This document shows positions 18,189-28,362 of a stretch of DNA of 64,000 nt, piece by piece. Positions within the stretch are counted from its first letter, which is position 1; each line of letters begins with the position of its first letter. The notes beneath the pieces were generated by a model. That model had not been told where the DNA came from and ran no database searches. It was given only the letters and a program-made list of their open reading frames with translations. This DNA is from Streptosporangiaceae bacterium (GTDB lineage Bacteria; Actinomycetota; Actinomycetes; Streptosporangiales; Streptosporangiaceae). The stretch covers positions 12,749 to 76,748 of the forward strand of contig DASXMP010000127.1 in NCBI GenBank assembly GCA_036495585.1, in the 5' to 3' direction. The translations under genes and the position numbers were made by a program.

Positions 18189-19879
18189 GCCACCCGCATC
18201 CAGAGCTCGCGCCACCGCCTCCGCTCCCGATCGGCGGACTGCGGATGGTCGCCCTCGGCGGCCTCGGCGAGATCGGCCGGAATATGACGGTCTTCGAGCA
18301 CGCCGGAAGGCTGCTCATAGTCGACTGCGGCGTGTTGTTCCCGGAGCAGGATCAGCCCGGCGTCGACCTGATCCTGCCGGACTTCACCGCGCTGGAGGAT
18401 CGCCTCGACCAGGTCGAGGCGGTCATGCTGACCCATGCGCACGAGGACCACATCGGCGCGATCCCGTACTTGCTGCGGCGGCGCGAGGACATCCCGCTGA
18501 TCGGGTCCAGGCTCACGCTGGCGCTGGTGCGCAGCAAGCTCACCGAGCACCGGATCACCCCCGTGGATATCGAGGTCGAGGCCGGCGGCCGGCTGGAGCG
18601 CGGGCCGTTCCAGCTGGAGTTCCTGGCCGTGAACCACTCGATCCCCGATGCGCTGGCCGTGGCCATCCGCACACCTGCCGGACTGGTGCTGCACACTGGC
18701 GACTTCAAGATGGATCAGCTTCCGGTGGACGGGCGGCTGACGGATCTGGGCGGGTTCGCCCGGCTCGGCGGCGAGGGCGTGGATCTGCTCCTCTCCGACT
18801 CCACGAATGCCGAGGTGCCCGGCATCGTGGCGTTCGAGCGGGACATCGGGCCGGTGCTGTCGGACGTGTTTGCCGCGGCCGAGCAGCGGATCATCGTGTC
18901 ATGCTTCGCCAGCCACGTGCACCGTGTGCAGCAGGTGATGGATGCCGCCGCCGAGCACGGCCGCAAGGTGGCGCTGGTTGGCCGGTCCATGGTGAAGAAC
19001 ATGGGCGTGGCGCGGGATCTTGGCTACCTCAAGGTGCCGTCCGTGACGGGCGGGCTGCTGGTGGACCTCCGTGAGGCAGAGGAAATGCCGCCGGGGCAGA
19101 TCGTGCTGGTCTCGACCGGCTCTCAGGGCGAGCCGATGTCGGCACTGTCCCGGATGGCCGGCCGCGACCACCCGATCCGGATCGCCGAGGGCGACACGGT
19201 GATCCTGGCCTCGTCGCTGGTGCCCGGCAACGAGACCGCGGTGTCGCGGATCATCAACGACCTGACCCGCCTCGGCGCGCGCGTGGTGCACAAGGGCAAC
19301 GCGCTGGTGCACGTCTCGGGTCATGCCCCGGCCGGCGAGCTGCTCTATGTGCTGAACCTGGTCCGGCCGAGCAATTTCGTGCCGGTGCACGGGGAGTGGC
19401 GGCACCTCAAGGCGCATGCCGACCTGGCCGCCCTGAGCGGCGTGCCAGCGAGCAACATCGTGATTGCCGAGGACGGCGTGGTCGTCGACCTGGTGGCCGG
19501 GCAGATCACGGTGGCGGGCAAGGTGCCGTGTGGCTATGTCTACGTGGACGGGCTGTCGGTGGGGGAGATCACCGAGGCGTCGCTGAAGGACCGGCTCATC
19601 CTCGGCGACGAGGGCTTCATCTCGGTGGTCGTGGTGGTCGACTCCACCAGCGGCAAGCTGGTGGCCGGCCCGGAGATCCACGCTCGCGGTGCGGGTATCG
19701 ACGACGTCGGCCTGGGCGCTGTCCGGCCGCTGGTGGAGGAGGCACTGGCTGGCGCTGCTCGCGAGGGCATCGACGAGGTTCATCAGCTGCGCCAGCTGGT
19801 GCGGCGGACCGTCGGCCGCTGGGTGAACGAGAACTACCGCCGCCGTCCGATGATCATCCCAGTCGTGGTCGAGGCTTAA
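18185..19879 (+). CDS. rnj: Ribonuclease J
   Basis: The GTG at 18185 overlaps the dapA TGA (GTGA). The metallo-beta-lactamase motif is HAHEDHIG. beta-CASP and C-terminal domains give a length of 564 aa. The long 5' extension in the track overlaps dapA and was rejected. Confidence 0.95.
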   Translation: MSHPHPELAPPPPLPIGGLRMVALGGLGEIGRNMTVFEHAGRLLIVDCGVLFPEQDQPGVDLILPDFTALEDRLDQVEAVMLTHAHEDHIGAIPYLLRRREDIPLIGSRLTLALVRSKLTEHRITPVDIEVEAGGRLERGPFQLEFLAVNHSIPDALAVAIRTPAGLVLHTGDFKMDQLPVDGRLTDLGGFARLGGEGVDLLLSDSTNAEVPGIVAFERDIGPVLSDVFAAAEQRIIVSCFASHVHRVQQVMDAAAEHGRKVALVGRSMVKNMGVARDLGYLKVPSVTGGLLVDLREAEEMPPGQIVLVSTGSQGEPMSALSRMAGRDHPIRIAEGDTVILASSLVPGNETAVSRIINDLTRLGARVVHKGNALVHVSGHAPAGELLYVLNLVRPSNFVPVHGEWRHLKAHADLAALSGVPASNIVIAEDGVVVDLVAGQITVAGKVPCGYVYVDGLSVGEITEASLKDRLILGDEGFISVVVVVDSTSGKLVAGPEIHARGAGIDDVGLGAVRPLVEEALAGAAREGIDEVHQLRQLVRRTVGRWVNENYRRRPMIIPVVVEA

Positions 19880-19977
19880 AGGCACCGGCAACGGCCCCTT
19901 CCGCTCGCTTCCGCAGACTTAACGCTGGTCAGGCCCTATCCTGGCGACGTCTGACAGTGGGGAGTGGCGGGGAGCGG

Positions 19978-21213
19978 GTGGCAGCACGCAACGACTCTGC
20001 TGAGCCGCCGGATGGATTCGCCGTCCGGCCGCGCGCAGCAGGGCGCGGGGACCAGGGCCAGGCGCGGCGGCAGACGATGATCGCGGTGGCAGTCGTCGGC
20101 GCGCTCACGGTGGCAGGCTGCTATGCCCTGCTGGCCACCAGGCCGGGCGCGATAACTGCCGCTGGCCGGGCCACCGGGCGGCTCGCGGCGGGGGCCCACG
20201 GCGCGCGCCAGCCCGCGGTCGGCACGTCACCGGCCACGGCGGCGACAGGCAGGACCGTCAGCATCACCTGGGTTGGCGACATGACCTTCGGGACGCTGGG
20301 CTCCTACCCGGCCGGCGGTGCCACGTCCCTGCTCAGCGACGTGAAGCCGGACCTGCGCAGCAACCTGACGATCGGCAACCTGGAGAGCGCTCTTGGAGAC
20401 CTGCCGATGTCGAAGTGCGGAGCGCACAAGGCCGACTGCTATCAGTTCGAGGCGCCGGACGACACGGCACAAGATCTGCGCCGCGACGGCTTTGCCGCCG
20501 TCAACGTGGCCAACAACCACACTCTCGATGCCGGTGCCGCAGGCGAGCAGAGCACCGACTCCGCGCTGGACGCGGCGCGCCTGAAGTACGCCGGCCGCCC
20601 CGGCCAGGTCACCTACCTGCAGCGCAACGGCATCAAGATCGCGCTCGTCGGATTCGCCCCGTGGTCCTATGACGCCGACGCGCTGGATATCCCGGCGGCC
20701 GAGGCCCTGGTCCGGCAGGCGCGCGAGCACGCCCAGGTCGTGATCGTGATGGAGCACCTGGGCGCGGAGGGGGACGGCGCCCAGCACGTCAGGCCGGGGG
20801 AGGAGTACTACCTCGGCCAGGACCGCGGTGATCCGATCGCCTTCGCGCACGGCGTCATCGATGCCGGCGCGGACCTGGTCGTCGGCTCGGGCCCGCACGT
20901 GCTCCGCGGCTTCCAGTGGTACCGCGGCCATCTGATCGCCTACAGCCTCGGCAACTTCTGCGGCTACGACACCCTCGGCCTGGATTCGATCACCTCGGTC
21001 AGCGCGATGCTGCATATCACGCTAGGCAGCGACGGCCAGTTCGAGCTCGGCAGCATCACGCCCCTGCACCTGGCGGCGCCAGGCATCCCGGAACCCGATC
21101 CGGCAAAGGCGGCCATCACCATGATCAACTCGCTTTCGCACGCCGATTTTGCCGGGAACGGCGCCGCGAGGATCTCGGCCGTCGGCAAGATCGTCAAGCC
21201 AAAAGCCGGGTGA
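19978..21213 (+). CDS. CapA/PGA_cap-family metallophosphatase-like protein with an N-terminal membrane anchor
   Basis: Motifs VSITWVGDMTFG, GNLESA and VANNHTLD are present. The anchor is MIAVAVVGALTVAGCYALLA. The start is uncertain: GTG 19978 or ATG 20077. Confidence 0.7.
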   Translation: MAARNDSAEPPDGFAVRPRAAGRGDQGQARRQTMIAVAVVGALTVAGCYALLATRPGAITAAGRATGRLAAGAHGARQPAVGTSPATAATGRTVSITWVGDMTFGTLGSYPAGGATSLLSDVKPDLRSNLTIGNLESALGDLPMSKCGAHKADCYQFEAPDDTAQDLRRDGFAAVNVANNHTLDAGAAGEQSTDSALDAARLKYAGRPGQVTYLQRNGIKIALVGFAPWSYDADALDIPAAEALVRQAREHAQVVIVMEHLGAEGDGAQHVRPGEEYYLGQDRGDPIAFAHGVIDAGADLVVGSGPHVLRGFQWYRGHLIAYSLGNFCGYDTLGLDSITSVSAMLHITLGSDGQFELGSITPLHLAAPGIPEPDPAKAAITMINSLSHADFAGNGAARISAVGKIVKPKAG

Positions 21214-21365
21214 GCGGACCCGGATTTCACGGCTCATCTGCGGGCTGGCCGGCCAGGCTGCACAGCCGGTGTACGGTAATCCTGCATGCGGCACGTTCCG
21301 GCAAGATCGGTGCTGTCCAGGACATTGCGGGCCGTGCCGTAACGGGGACCCACCAAGGAGCCACG

Positions 21366-21872
21366 ATGACCTACCAGCCTTACCCGACAGGGCCTGAGAG
21401 CAACCAGATAGTGCAGCCAGAGGCGCCGTCCGAGCAGCCCCGCACGATTGTGAACGCGGTCCGGTTCATGTATGTCGGAGCGGCTCTGCAGACGCTCGGC
21501 ATCATCTTGAGCCTGGCGACGATCGGCAGCCTGCGCAGCCAGATTCACAAGAAGTTCCCCACCTACACCTCGGCTCAGATCCACAGCGCGGAGGTCGTGG
21601 GCGTGGTCGCCGTGGTGGTCGTCGGCATCATCGGCATCGCCCTGTGGCTGTGGATGGCGCGAGCCAACGGGACGGGTCACCGCTACGGGCGCATCGTGGC
21701 GACGGTGCTGTTCGCCCTGTACACCCTGGACATCCTGCTCTCGTTCGCCCGTGCGCAGGCCTTCACGGGCCTGATCTTCGGGCTGCTCACCTGGCTGGTT
21801 GGCCTCGGCGCGACGTGGTTCCTGTGGCGTAAGGAGTCCACCGCGTATTTCGGCGCCGCTTCGCCACGGTAG
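21366..21872 (+). CDS. Hypothetical integral membrane protein (168 aa, about 4 TM)
   Basis: AAGGAG lies 6 nt upstream of the ATG. A P/Q-rich N-terminus is followed by hydrophobic helices. No family recognised. Confidence 0.65.
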   Translation: MTYQPYPTGPESNQIVQPEAPSEQPRTIVNAVRFMYVGAALQTLGIILSLATIGSLRSQIHKKFPTYTSAQIHSAEVVGVVAVVVVGIIGIALWLWMARANGTGHRYGRIVATVLFALYTLDILLSFARAQAFTGLIFGLLTWLVGLGATWFLWRKESTAYFGAASPR

Positions 21873-21906
21873 GCAGCATCCGGGCCGCAAGGGGCCGGGT
21901 GCGGAC

Positions 21907-23634
21907 CTAGCTGCATCCGGCTCGAAGGACCGTCAGGAACCCGGTCCCCCGGTACTTGGTCTCGCTGACCGGGCAGTAGCCGAATTGCCGCAGGGCAGTG
22001 AGCGACTGCTGGTGCACCGATGGCGTGGGGAACCGAGGACGACTGCTTGGAGGATTGAGCTCCAGCAGGTAGATGGCCGGGCTGCCGCGGTGCGTGGCTA
22101 GAAACCGGTCGACGGCTCCCGGCGTCAGGTGCACAACGGCGATAGTGTTCTGCGCCGGCACCTTCGGCAGGGCCGCGACCCGCCCAGGCCAGCCCTGATA
22201 GAGGTTCATGTAGTACAACCACGGACTGGCGTACCAGGCTGGCGGGATGCGGTCGGCGCGGACAATGACCAGATCGGCGGGTGTTGCGGTCGTCCTGGAC
22301 AGGGCGACCGCAGCCTTGACCCGGTCGAAAATCGTCCGGCGGTACTGCAGTGTGCTGGTCTCGGTGAATCCCCGCGCCGTGGCTATGCCCCCGGCGAGCA
22401 CCACGCCCGCGACCACGGCCAGTGTTGCCGTCATCGCCAGTACCCGCCAGGAAACGAGCCGCGCCGTTGCGGACCGGGACAGCCCAGCGAGACCGCGGGC
22501 GAGCCAGAGGGCCCCCATCCCGGCGAGGATGTACAGCAGCGGCAGCACGAAAATGTTCACGCGGGCAAGGCCGAACGGCCACTGGCGCAAGGCCGAGCCG
22601 GCGAGCTCCAGCAGCAGGCTGCCGCCCACAGCTGTAATCAGCGCCCGGCCAGCCGCGTCTCGCGCCGCGGCCACAATGCCGGCGGCCAGCAGCACCACAA
22701 CGGCCGTGGTGAGCAGCCCGTGAGCGGCAGGCGGAAGCGCATAGGACGGCGTCTGCCCGGTCGCGCCGACCACCCCGGTGATGAGGGTGGAGGCATACGA
22801 GACGAGGCCGTCCAGCGCGAACCGAGAGAAGGCGGCCAAGCCGTGCGGCGGGAAATTAGTCCCGAAGACGCCGGTGCTCGCCACTCGCCCCTGCGGGCGC
22901 AGGAACAGCTCGTAGTGTGCCAGCGCGATGGCGGCGGCGACGGCTGCTCCGGCCACCCGCAGCACCGCCCGCCCCCGAAGTGCCCGGACCAGGTCCAGGG
23001 CCAGCAGCGATGCGAGCAAGAAGAGGTTCGGCGTTGACAAGACACAGGTCAGGCCGAGCGCGGCATACAGACCGAGCAGCTGCGCTCGGGTCCAGGTTGT
23101 CCGCTGGACTACCAGGAACAGGGCCAGCGTGGCGACGGCGATCACTGCCTCGTACGAATACGACTTAAGCTGCAGCGCGTAGCTGACGATCCACAGGTTC
23201 ACCAGGAGCAGCGCGGCCACGCAGAAGCTGGCTGGTCTGGCCATCCAGCGGCGGCTGAGCAGGTAGGTGACCACACCAAGCACTGGCAACGACGCGAACA
23301 TCGGCAGGCGAAGGCCGGATTCGTTGTCGCCAAAAACAATGCGCGCTGCGTTCTCGATCCCGATCCAGCCGAGTGACAGCGGCGCGGCAGCAGTGCCGAG
23401 ATGCGTCAGGAACCGTCCGCCTTCGGCGATGTCGTACGCCCGCCACGCCTCGTCGTAATAGAAGGGCCTGGTCAGCAAGTGCCGCAGGAAAGCCTCCACC
23501 ACGACGCCCACGGCAACCAGGCCGACCGCGGCGAGCAGGTCGCCGGCCCGGCCATCCAGCCGGGTGGCTGGTGTGGCGTCCACTGCGGCTGAATTCTCAG
23601 CCGCACTGGGCGGGGTCGCTTTCACGCTGGCCAT
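21907..23634 (-). CDS. Polytopic membrane protein, putative GT-C-fold (ArnT/PMT-like) glycosyltransferase
   Basis: About 11-12 TM helices are present. An acidic FYYDEAW motif follows TM1, as in GT-C enzymes. A soluble C-terminal region of ~150 aa follows. The assignment rests on architecture only. Confidence 0.45.
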   Translation of the reverse strand: MASVKATPPSAAENSAAVDATPATRLDGRAGDLLAAVGLVAVGVVVEAFLRHLLTRPFYYDEAWRAYDIAEGGRFLTHLGTAAAPLSLGWIGIENAARIVFGDNESGLRLPMFASLPVLGVVTYLLSRRWMARPASFCVAALLLVNLWIVSYALQLKSYSYEAVIAVATLALFLVVQRTTWTRAQLLGLYAALGLTCVLSTPNLFLLASLLALDLVRALRGRAVLRVAGAAVAAAIALAHYELFLRPQGRVASTGVFGTNFPPHGLAAFSRFALDGLVSYASTLITGVVGATGQTPSYALPPAAHGLLTTAVVVLLAAGIVAAARDAAGRALITAVGGSLLLELAGSALRQWPFGLARVNIFVLPLLYILAGMGALWLARGLAGLSRSATARLVSWRVLAMTATLAVVAGVVLAGGIATARGFTETSTLQYRRTIFDRVKAAVALSRTTATPADLVIVRADRIPPAWYASPWLYYMNLYQGWPGRVAALPKVPAQNTIAVVHLTPGAVDRFLATHRGSPAIYLLELNPPSSRPRFPTPSVHQQSLTALRQFGYCPVSETKYRGTGFLTVLRAGCS

Positions 23635-23913
23635 ATTATGGCCTTCGGATCCTGTCGAGCCGTGAATCTAAACGTCTTTACTTACTTGCCTGGCTAATTA
23701 CGTCCGGGCGCTCATTCTGGACGGCATCTGGCATGAAGACGCTTCCGCAATCGCGCTTTCTCGCCGCCTTATGCAGAGGTCGCGCGGATAAGCCGCCATA
23801 TCTTTACTCTTTCATTGCTTTCCCATGGTCAGCGGGCGCGGTGTGGCGCGCACTGAGGCGAAGTAGCCCGATTATTGGCTGGCGGTCTGCCACCCGCCTG
23901 GCATGCTGTCATC

Positions 23914-24855
23914 ATGGCCGATGAACGTGCCAGCCACTCGTACCTGGAAGCGATCCGGCGCGCTTTCGAATTCGCGCGCGAGGTCGGCAGTGGCTGCCGT
24001 CCGGTGCACTTCCTGGTCGGAATCGCCGACGGCGACGACGCCGCCGCGCGGGCGCTTAGGCCCGCCGCGCGGGCGCTTAGGCCCGCCGACGGCCGCTCGT
24101 TGCGCGCCGTGGTCGCCGAACAGAGCGCACGCGCGGGCGGGGCGCCCGCGGCTTACCTGCACATGCAGGCCCAGCAGGGCGCCCGGTGGCTGGCAGATCA
24201 CCATGGCCAGCCACCGGCGCCAGCGCATCTCCTGGTGGCGCTGATCGATCAGGGCACGCCGGAGGTTACTGACGCGCTTGGGCGGGCTGGGCTCGACCCT
24301 GCTGCGGTCCGTCGGTCGCTGCTGGCGGAGCTGGGCCTGCCCGCCGACGAGCCATCCGTCGCCTTCGAGCCGGTCACGCCCGCTGGCACCCTGGACCGGC
24401 CGCCCTTGCCGGTCGCCGAGCTGGATCCGCGGGCCTGGTCGGTGCTGCGCTGGCGCCAGGACCATCTGCCGGCTGGTCAGCTGCACGGCTGGCGGGATAC
24501 CGAGGCGCTGATCCACCTGGAGCGAGCCGCGGCAGGCCGGCTCGCTGACCAGCTTGGCCTCGACGATGACCAGCGCTACTCGCTCCTGTGGCGGCACGAG
24601 ACCGCCGTGGACGATCGGGTCGCCGAGCTCAGGCCGGAGGTCGCCAGGCTGGGCGGTGAGGCGTTGCTGGCCGCGTCCCGGGTCCGCGCCCGCCTGCGCA
24701 TGCGGCGAGTGCGAGGTCTGCGGCAGCTGAGCTTCCTCCTTGGCTGGGGTGTCTGGTTCGGCAACCGCCGCGCGGCACTCTGGGATCGCTGGTTCCGGCT
24801 GCGTACCCTGACCGCCTACCGTGGCGCCCCACAGATTGAGCACGCACAGCCTTGA
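23914..24855 (+). CDS. Orphan Clp_N (Clp R) domain protein with a W/R-rich C-terminal region
   Basis: SYLEAIRRAFEFAREVG..HFLVGIA and AHLLVALIDQGTPEVTDALGRAGLDPAAVRRSLL resemble the two Clp N-terminal repeats. There is no AAA module. ATG 23914 is preferred. Confidence 0.55.
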   Translation: MADERASHSYLEAIRRAFEFAREVGSGCRPVHFLVGIADGDDAAARALRPAARALRPADGRSLRAVVAEQSARAGGAPAAYLHMQAQQGARWLADHHGQPPAPAHLLVALIDQGTPEVTDALGRAGLDPAAVRRSLLAELGLPADEPSVAFEPVTPAGTLDRPPLPVAELDPRAWSVLRWRQDHLPAGQLHGWRDTEALIHLERAAAGRLADQLGLDDDQRYSLLWRHETAVDDRVAELRPEVARLGGEALLAASRVRARLRMRRVRGLRQLSFLLGWGVWFGNRRAALWDRWFRLRTLTAYRGAPQIEHAQP

Positions 24856-24945
24856 GCAGATTTGGTCGGCACAGCCTTGAGCAGATCTCGTTGGCGCGGC
24901 TTGAGCAGATCTCATTGGCACCGCCTTGAGGCGGCGCTGTCCTAT
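24845..24945. repeat. Four ~25-bp tandem copies of the gene terminus (CCTTGAGCAGAT...)
   Basis: CTTGAG recurs at 24851, 24876, 24900 and 24925. The first copy contains the stop codon of the Clp_N gene. Confidence 0.8.
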
Positions 24946-24959
24946 CCGGCGGCGGCCGC

Positions 24960-25979
24960 TCAGCTCGGCCGGCGGACTCGCAAGTAGCAAAGTCCGCCGA
25001 GCCCGGTCGCCAGGACCAGGAAGATGCCGGTCTCGATCCACTGGAACTCCCAGTACCGGCTGGCCGGCTGATACGTGATCGACAGCCGGATGCCGCGCCC
25101 GGACAGGCACTGCAGGAAGGCGGCCGGCTGCGCATTGCAAGCCTGCGGTGCCTGCGTGACTACGTGGCCACGGGTATCGACGGGTCGCTGGCTGAGGATC
25201 CACCCGCCGCGCTGTCCTGGGAGCTCCGCGGCCGCCAGGATCAGCCGGCCGTTGCTGTCTCCTGTCGCGCTGAACGACACGGCCGCGAGTGCATAGGTGG
25301 TCCGGACCGGCGGTGCCAGGTGCGGCCGGATCAGCATGGGCATCAGCACCTGGACCGCGGCGAAGACGGCTAGCGTCAGCGCCATCGCCGGGATTGTCCG
25401 CCGGACCAGCACGCCGACACTCACCCCGAGCGCGAACGCGAACACCGCGTACCCGGCTGGCACGATCCCGCCCGCCCCGAAGTACAGCGGGGAGATCCGG
25501 CCGAACGGCAGGCTTGGGTTATTCGCCTTTGCCGCTGCCGCGTAGATCGGCCGCGACCACAGCGTCAGCATCAGGCTGAGCAGCCCGGACGCGGCGAGCG
25601 CGGCAAGCCCGACGAAGCCGAGCTTGACCACCGCCCATCGAGTGCGCGGCACGCTCTGGTTCCACGCCAGCGACAAGGTGCCAGATTCGAACTCGCGGGT
25701 GATCAGCGGCGCGCCCCAGAAGATCCCGGCGAGCGCGGGGATGAGGTAGAGCACAACGACACCCGCGTAAAAGATCGCCTGGCCGCCACTGCTCCGGACG
25801 TCGTAGGTGAAGGCAGCAGTTGGCTGCCCGCAGGCCGTCGTGCACGTGGCCAGGCCGCTGTCGCGGTAGAGCGCAGCCAGGTGCACGCCGGTCAACGCCA
25901 GCGCAATCGCGGCCGCTGCGAGCGCAGCTCCGGCCACCACTGCCTGACTGCGGAACTGCCGCCATGCGAGCCAGAGCAT
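24960..25979 (-). CDS. ABC-2-type exporter permease (paralogue 2)
   Basis: N-terminus MLWLAWRQFRSQAVVAG. Six TM segments are present, with a Cys-containing first loop. It is colinear with the upstream paralogue. Confidence 0.7.
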   Translation of the reverse strand: MLWLAWRQFRSQAVVAGAALAAAAIALALTGVHLAALYRDSGLATCTTACGQPTAAFTYDVRSSGGQAIFYAGVVVLYLIPALAGIFWGAPLITREFESGTLSLAWNQSVPRTRWAVVKLGFVGLAALAASGLLSLMLTLWSRPIYAAAAKANNPSLPFGRISPLYFGAGGIVPAGYAVFAFALGVSVGVLVRRTIPAMALTLAVFAAVQVLMPMLIRPHLAPPVRTTYALAAVSFSATGDSNGRLILAAAELPGQRGGWILSQRPVDTRGHVVTQAPQACNAQPAAFLQCLSGRGIRLSITYQPASRYWEFQWIETGIFLVLATGLGGLCYLRVRRPS

Positions 25980-26018
25980 CGTGCCAACCCTCCGATAGGA
26001 CTAGGTAACGGGCCCGTT

Positions 26019-27074
26019 TCAGGGCCGCTTGCGGCGGACCTGCCACCCGCAGACGACGCCCAGACCGGTGGCGAGGATCAGGTAGATGCCGGTCTCGATG
26101 CCTTGCAACGGCCAGAATCGGCTCGCTGGCTGATACGCCACGTATTGCCGCAGGTGCATGTCCACCAGTGCGCTGATGCACTGGCCGGGGCCGCCGGCGC
26201 TGGATTGCGGTCCAGCGTTCTGGCCCGGCCCGAGGCATGCGGCTGGTGGCTTGGTCAGCGCGGCTCCAGACGGCGTGATCGTTGCATCGGAAAGGACCCA
26301 GGCCCCTGGCTTGCTGAAGTTTCCGGTCACGCGAATGACCGGCGGGCTACCGGGGTTCCCGGTGATGGAGATGCCGGCGCTCTGCGCGTTCAACGGCGCG
26401 GTCGTATGCGCTGGGGGCAGCAGGTGTGGCCGGACCAGCGTTGGCATGGCGAACTGGACCGCGGCGAACACCACCAGGGTGATCGCCATCGCGGGCAGCG
26501 TGCGCCGCAGCAGCACCCCGGCGGTGACACCGGCCGCGAAGGCGAACGCCGCGTACCCAAGCGGAGCCACGCCGCGCGCGTTGAAGACCAGCGGATCGAG
26601 CCGTTGCAGCGAGGCCGATCCGCCAAGGCCGGCCGCCTGGTCGATCGGGTTGGCCCACCAGCTCACCATCAGGCTGAGCAGGCCAGCGGCGGCGACGCCG
26701 ACGAGCCCGACGAGTCCAAGCTTGATGGCGGTCCACCGAGCGCGCGTCACGCTCTGATTCCAGGCAATGCGGTACGTGCCGGCCTCGAATTCGCGGGCGA
26801 TGAGTGGCGCGCCGTAGAAGATGCCAATCAGCGCCGGTGCCAGGTATCCGATCACGATGGTGGCGTTGAACAGGGCCTGGTCGAGACCGCCGACGCCGTT
26901 GATGAAGTTGCTCGCGCTTGCCCCGCAGTTCACGTGGCACGTGGCTAGACCAGCCGACCGATACGAGCTGACGATGCCCGGCCCGGTGGCTGCGAGCAGC
27001 ACGGCGATGACGGCCAGCGCGGCCGCGGCCACGATGGCCTGCGGCCGGAACTGGCGCCAGCTCACCCAGATCAC
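26019..27074 (-). CDS. ABC-2-type exporter permease (paralogue 1)
   Basis: N-terminus MIWVSWRQFRPQAIVAA. The architecture matches 24960-25979. Its start overlaps the ATPase stop by 4 nt. Confidence 0.7.
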   Translation of the reverse strand: MIWVSWRQFRPQAIVAAAALAVIAVLLAATGPGIVSSYRSAGLATCHVNCGASASNFINGVGGLDQALFNATIVIGYLAPALIGIFYGAPLIAREFEAGTYRIAWNQSVTRARWTAIKLGLVGLVGVAAAGLLSLMVSWWANPIDQAAGLGGSASLQRLDPLVFNARGVAPLGYAAFAFAAGVTAGVLLRRTLPAMAITLVVFAAVQFAMPTLVRPHLLPPAHTTAPLNAQSAGISITGNPGSPPVIRVTGNFSKPGAWVLSDATITPSGAALTKPPAACLGPGQNAGPQSSAGGPGQCISALVDMHLRQYVAYQPASRFWPLQGIETGIYLILATGLGVVCGWQVRRKRP

Positions 27075-27973
27075 TGCTTCACCTCCAGCATCCTGCCCTG
27101 CGGCGCCCCTGCTGCCGCCCGGCCCATGTAGGCGAGCACTAGGTCCTCCAGGCTCACCTGATCCACCGTCCAGGCGGGATCGATGACCGGCTCGCTGCTC
27201 CGCACCAGGAACGTGCTTTGCCGGTCCGTGTGGCTTTCGGTGATCACCTGCTGGCTGCTCGGGAGGCTGGCAGCGTCACGACGCGGTCCGGACAGCAGGT
27301 GATGGGCGGCGAGCAGGTCGTCCACCTCGCCGTCGATACGCACCCGCGACGCGACCAGGACGATGAGGTAGTCGCTCACCCGCTCGAGGTCGGCGACCAG
27401 GTGCGAGGACATCACCACGCTGAGCTCCTGCTCGGCGGTGGCGTCCATGAGCACCTGGAGGAACTCGCGCCGCGCCAGCGGGTCCAGGCTGGCGATCGGC
27501 TCGTCCAGGATCAGCAGCTGCGGTCGCTTGGCGAGTGCCAGCGTGAGGGCGAGCTGGGCCCGCTGGCCGCCAGACAGCTTGCCGGCCTTCTGCTGCGGGT
27601 CCAGGTCAAGCTGCTCGATCCGGCGCTGCGCCAGCTCGTCGTCCCAGCCTGGGTTCATGTGCCGGCCGAACCGGAGATGATCGGCCACCGTGAGCCCGGC
27701 GTAGGTGGGGGTGTCCTGGGCGACGTAACCGACCCGCGCGAGCTGCTGCGGGCCGCTAGCCGGGGTGCCGCCGAGCACCTCGATGGTGCCGGTCGTCGGC
27801 GCCAGCATGCCGGTCGCCAGGTTGAGGAGAGTGGTCTTGCCGGCTCCGTTCGGTCCGACCAGCCCGGCTACGTGCCCAGCCGGGACGCTGAGCGTGCAGT
27901 CCGACAGCGCCCATCGGCGGCCATAGCGCCTGCCCAGGTTGCGCGCGTCAAGGACGGCAGTTGCGTTCGTCAT
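27071..27973 (-). CDS. ABC transporter ATP-binding protein
   Basis: Motifs GPNGAGKTT, LSGGQRAQLAL and LILDEPIASLD are present. Confidence 0.9.
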   Translation of the reverse strand: MTNATAVLDARNLGRRYGRRWALSDCTLSVPAGHVAGLVGPNGAGKTTLLNLATGMLAPTTGTIEVLGGTPASGPQQLARVGYVAQDTPTYAGLTVADHLRFGRHMNPGWDDELAQRRIEQLDLDPQQKAGKLSGGQRAQLALTLALAKRPQLLILDEPIASLDPLARREFLQVLMDATAEQELSVVMSSHLVADLERVSDYLIVLVASRVRIDGEVDDLLAAHHLLSGPRRDAASLPSSQQVITESHTDRQSTFLVRSSEPVIDPAWTVDQVSLEDLVLAYMGRAAAGAPQGRMLEVKQ

Positions 27974-28362
27974 CCTGCTACCTCCCGTGCGGCGGACCGG
28001 ACGGCCCGCTGAAACAGCGCCTCAATGCTTTCGAAGTCCAGACCAGCCAGCTGGGCTCGCCGGATCCACGTACCGAGCTCCTGGCTCAGTCGCTGATGCG
28101 CGGCGACCGACTCGTCGCTCAGGGTCTTGGTCACGAACGTGCCGACTCCCGGCCGCGCCGACGCCAGCCCCTCGTACTCCAGCTGGCGGTAGGCCTTGAG
28201 CACAGTGTTGGGGTTGATCGCCAGCGACCCGGCCACTTCCTTTACGGTCGGCAGCTGGTCGCCGGCCCGCAGCAGGCCGAGGCGCAGCGCCTGCCGAACC
28301 TGCTGGATCAGCTGCAAGTACGGAGCTACTCCGGATCGGCCGTCGAGGTGGAACTCGATCAC
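27970..28362 (-). CDS. GntR-family (YtrA-subfamily, short) transcriptional regulator
   Basis: GTG 28362 lies 5 nt after AGGAG. The wHTH region is GDQLPTVKEVAGSLAINPNTVLKAYRQLEYEGL. It is 130 aa with a short C-terminal region. Confidence 0.85.
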   Translation of the reverse strand: MIEFHLDGRSGVAPYLQLIQQVRQALRLGLLRAGDQLPTVKEVAGSLAINPNTVLKAYRQLEYEGLASARPGVGTFVTKTLSDESVAAHQRLSQELGTWIRRAQLAGLDFESIEALFQRAVRSAAREVAG

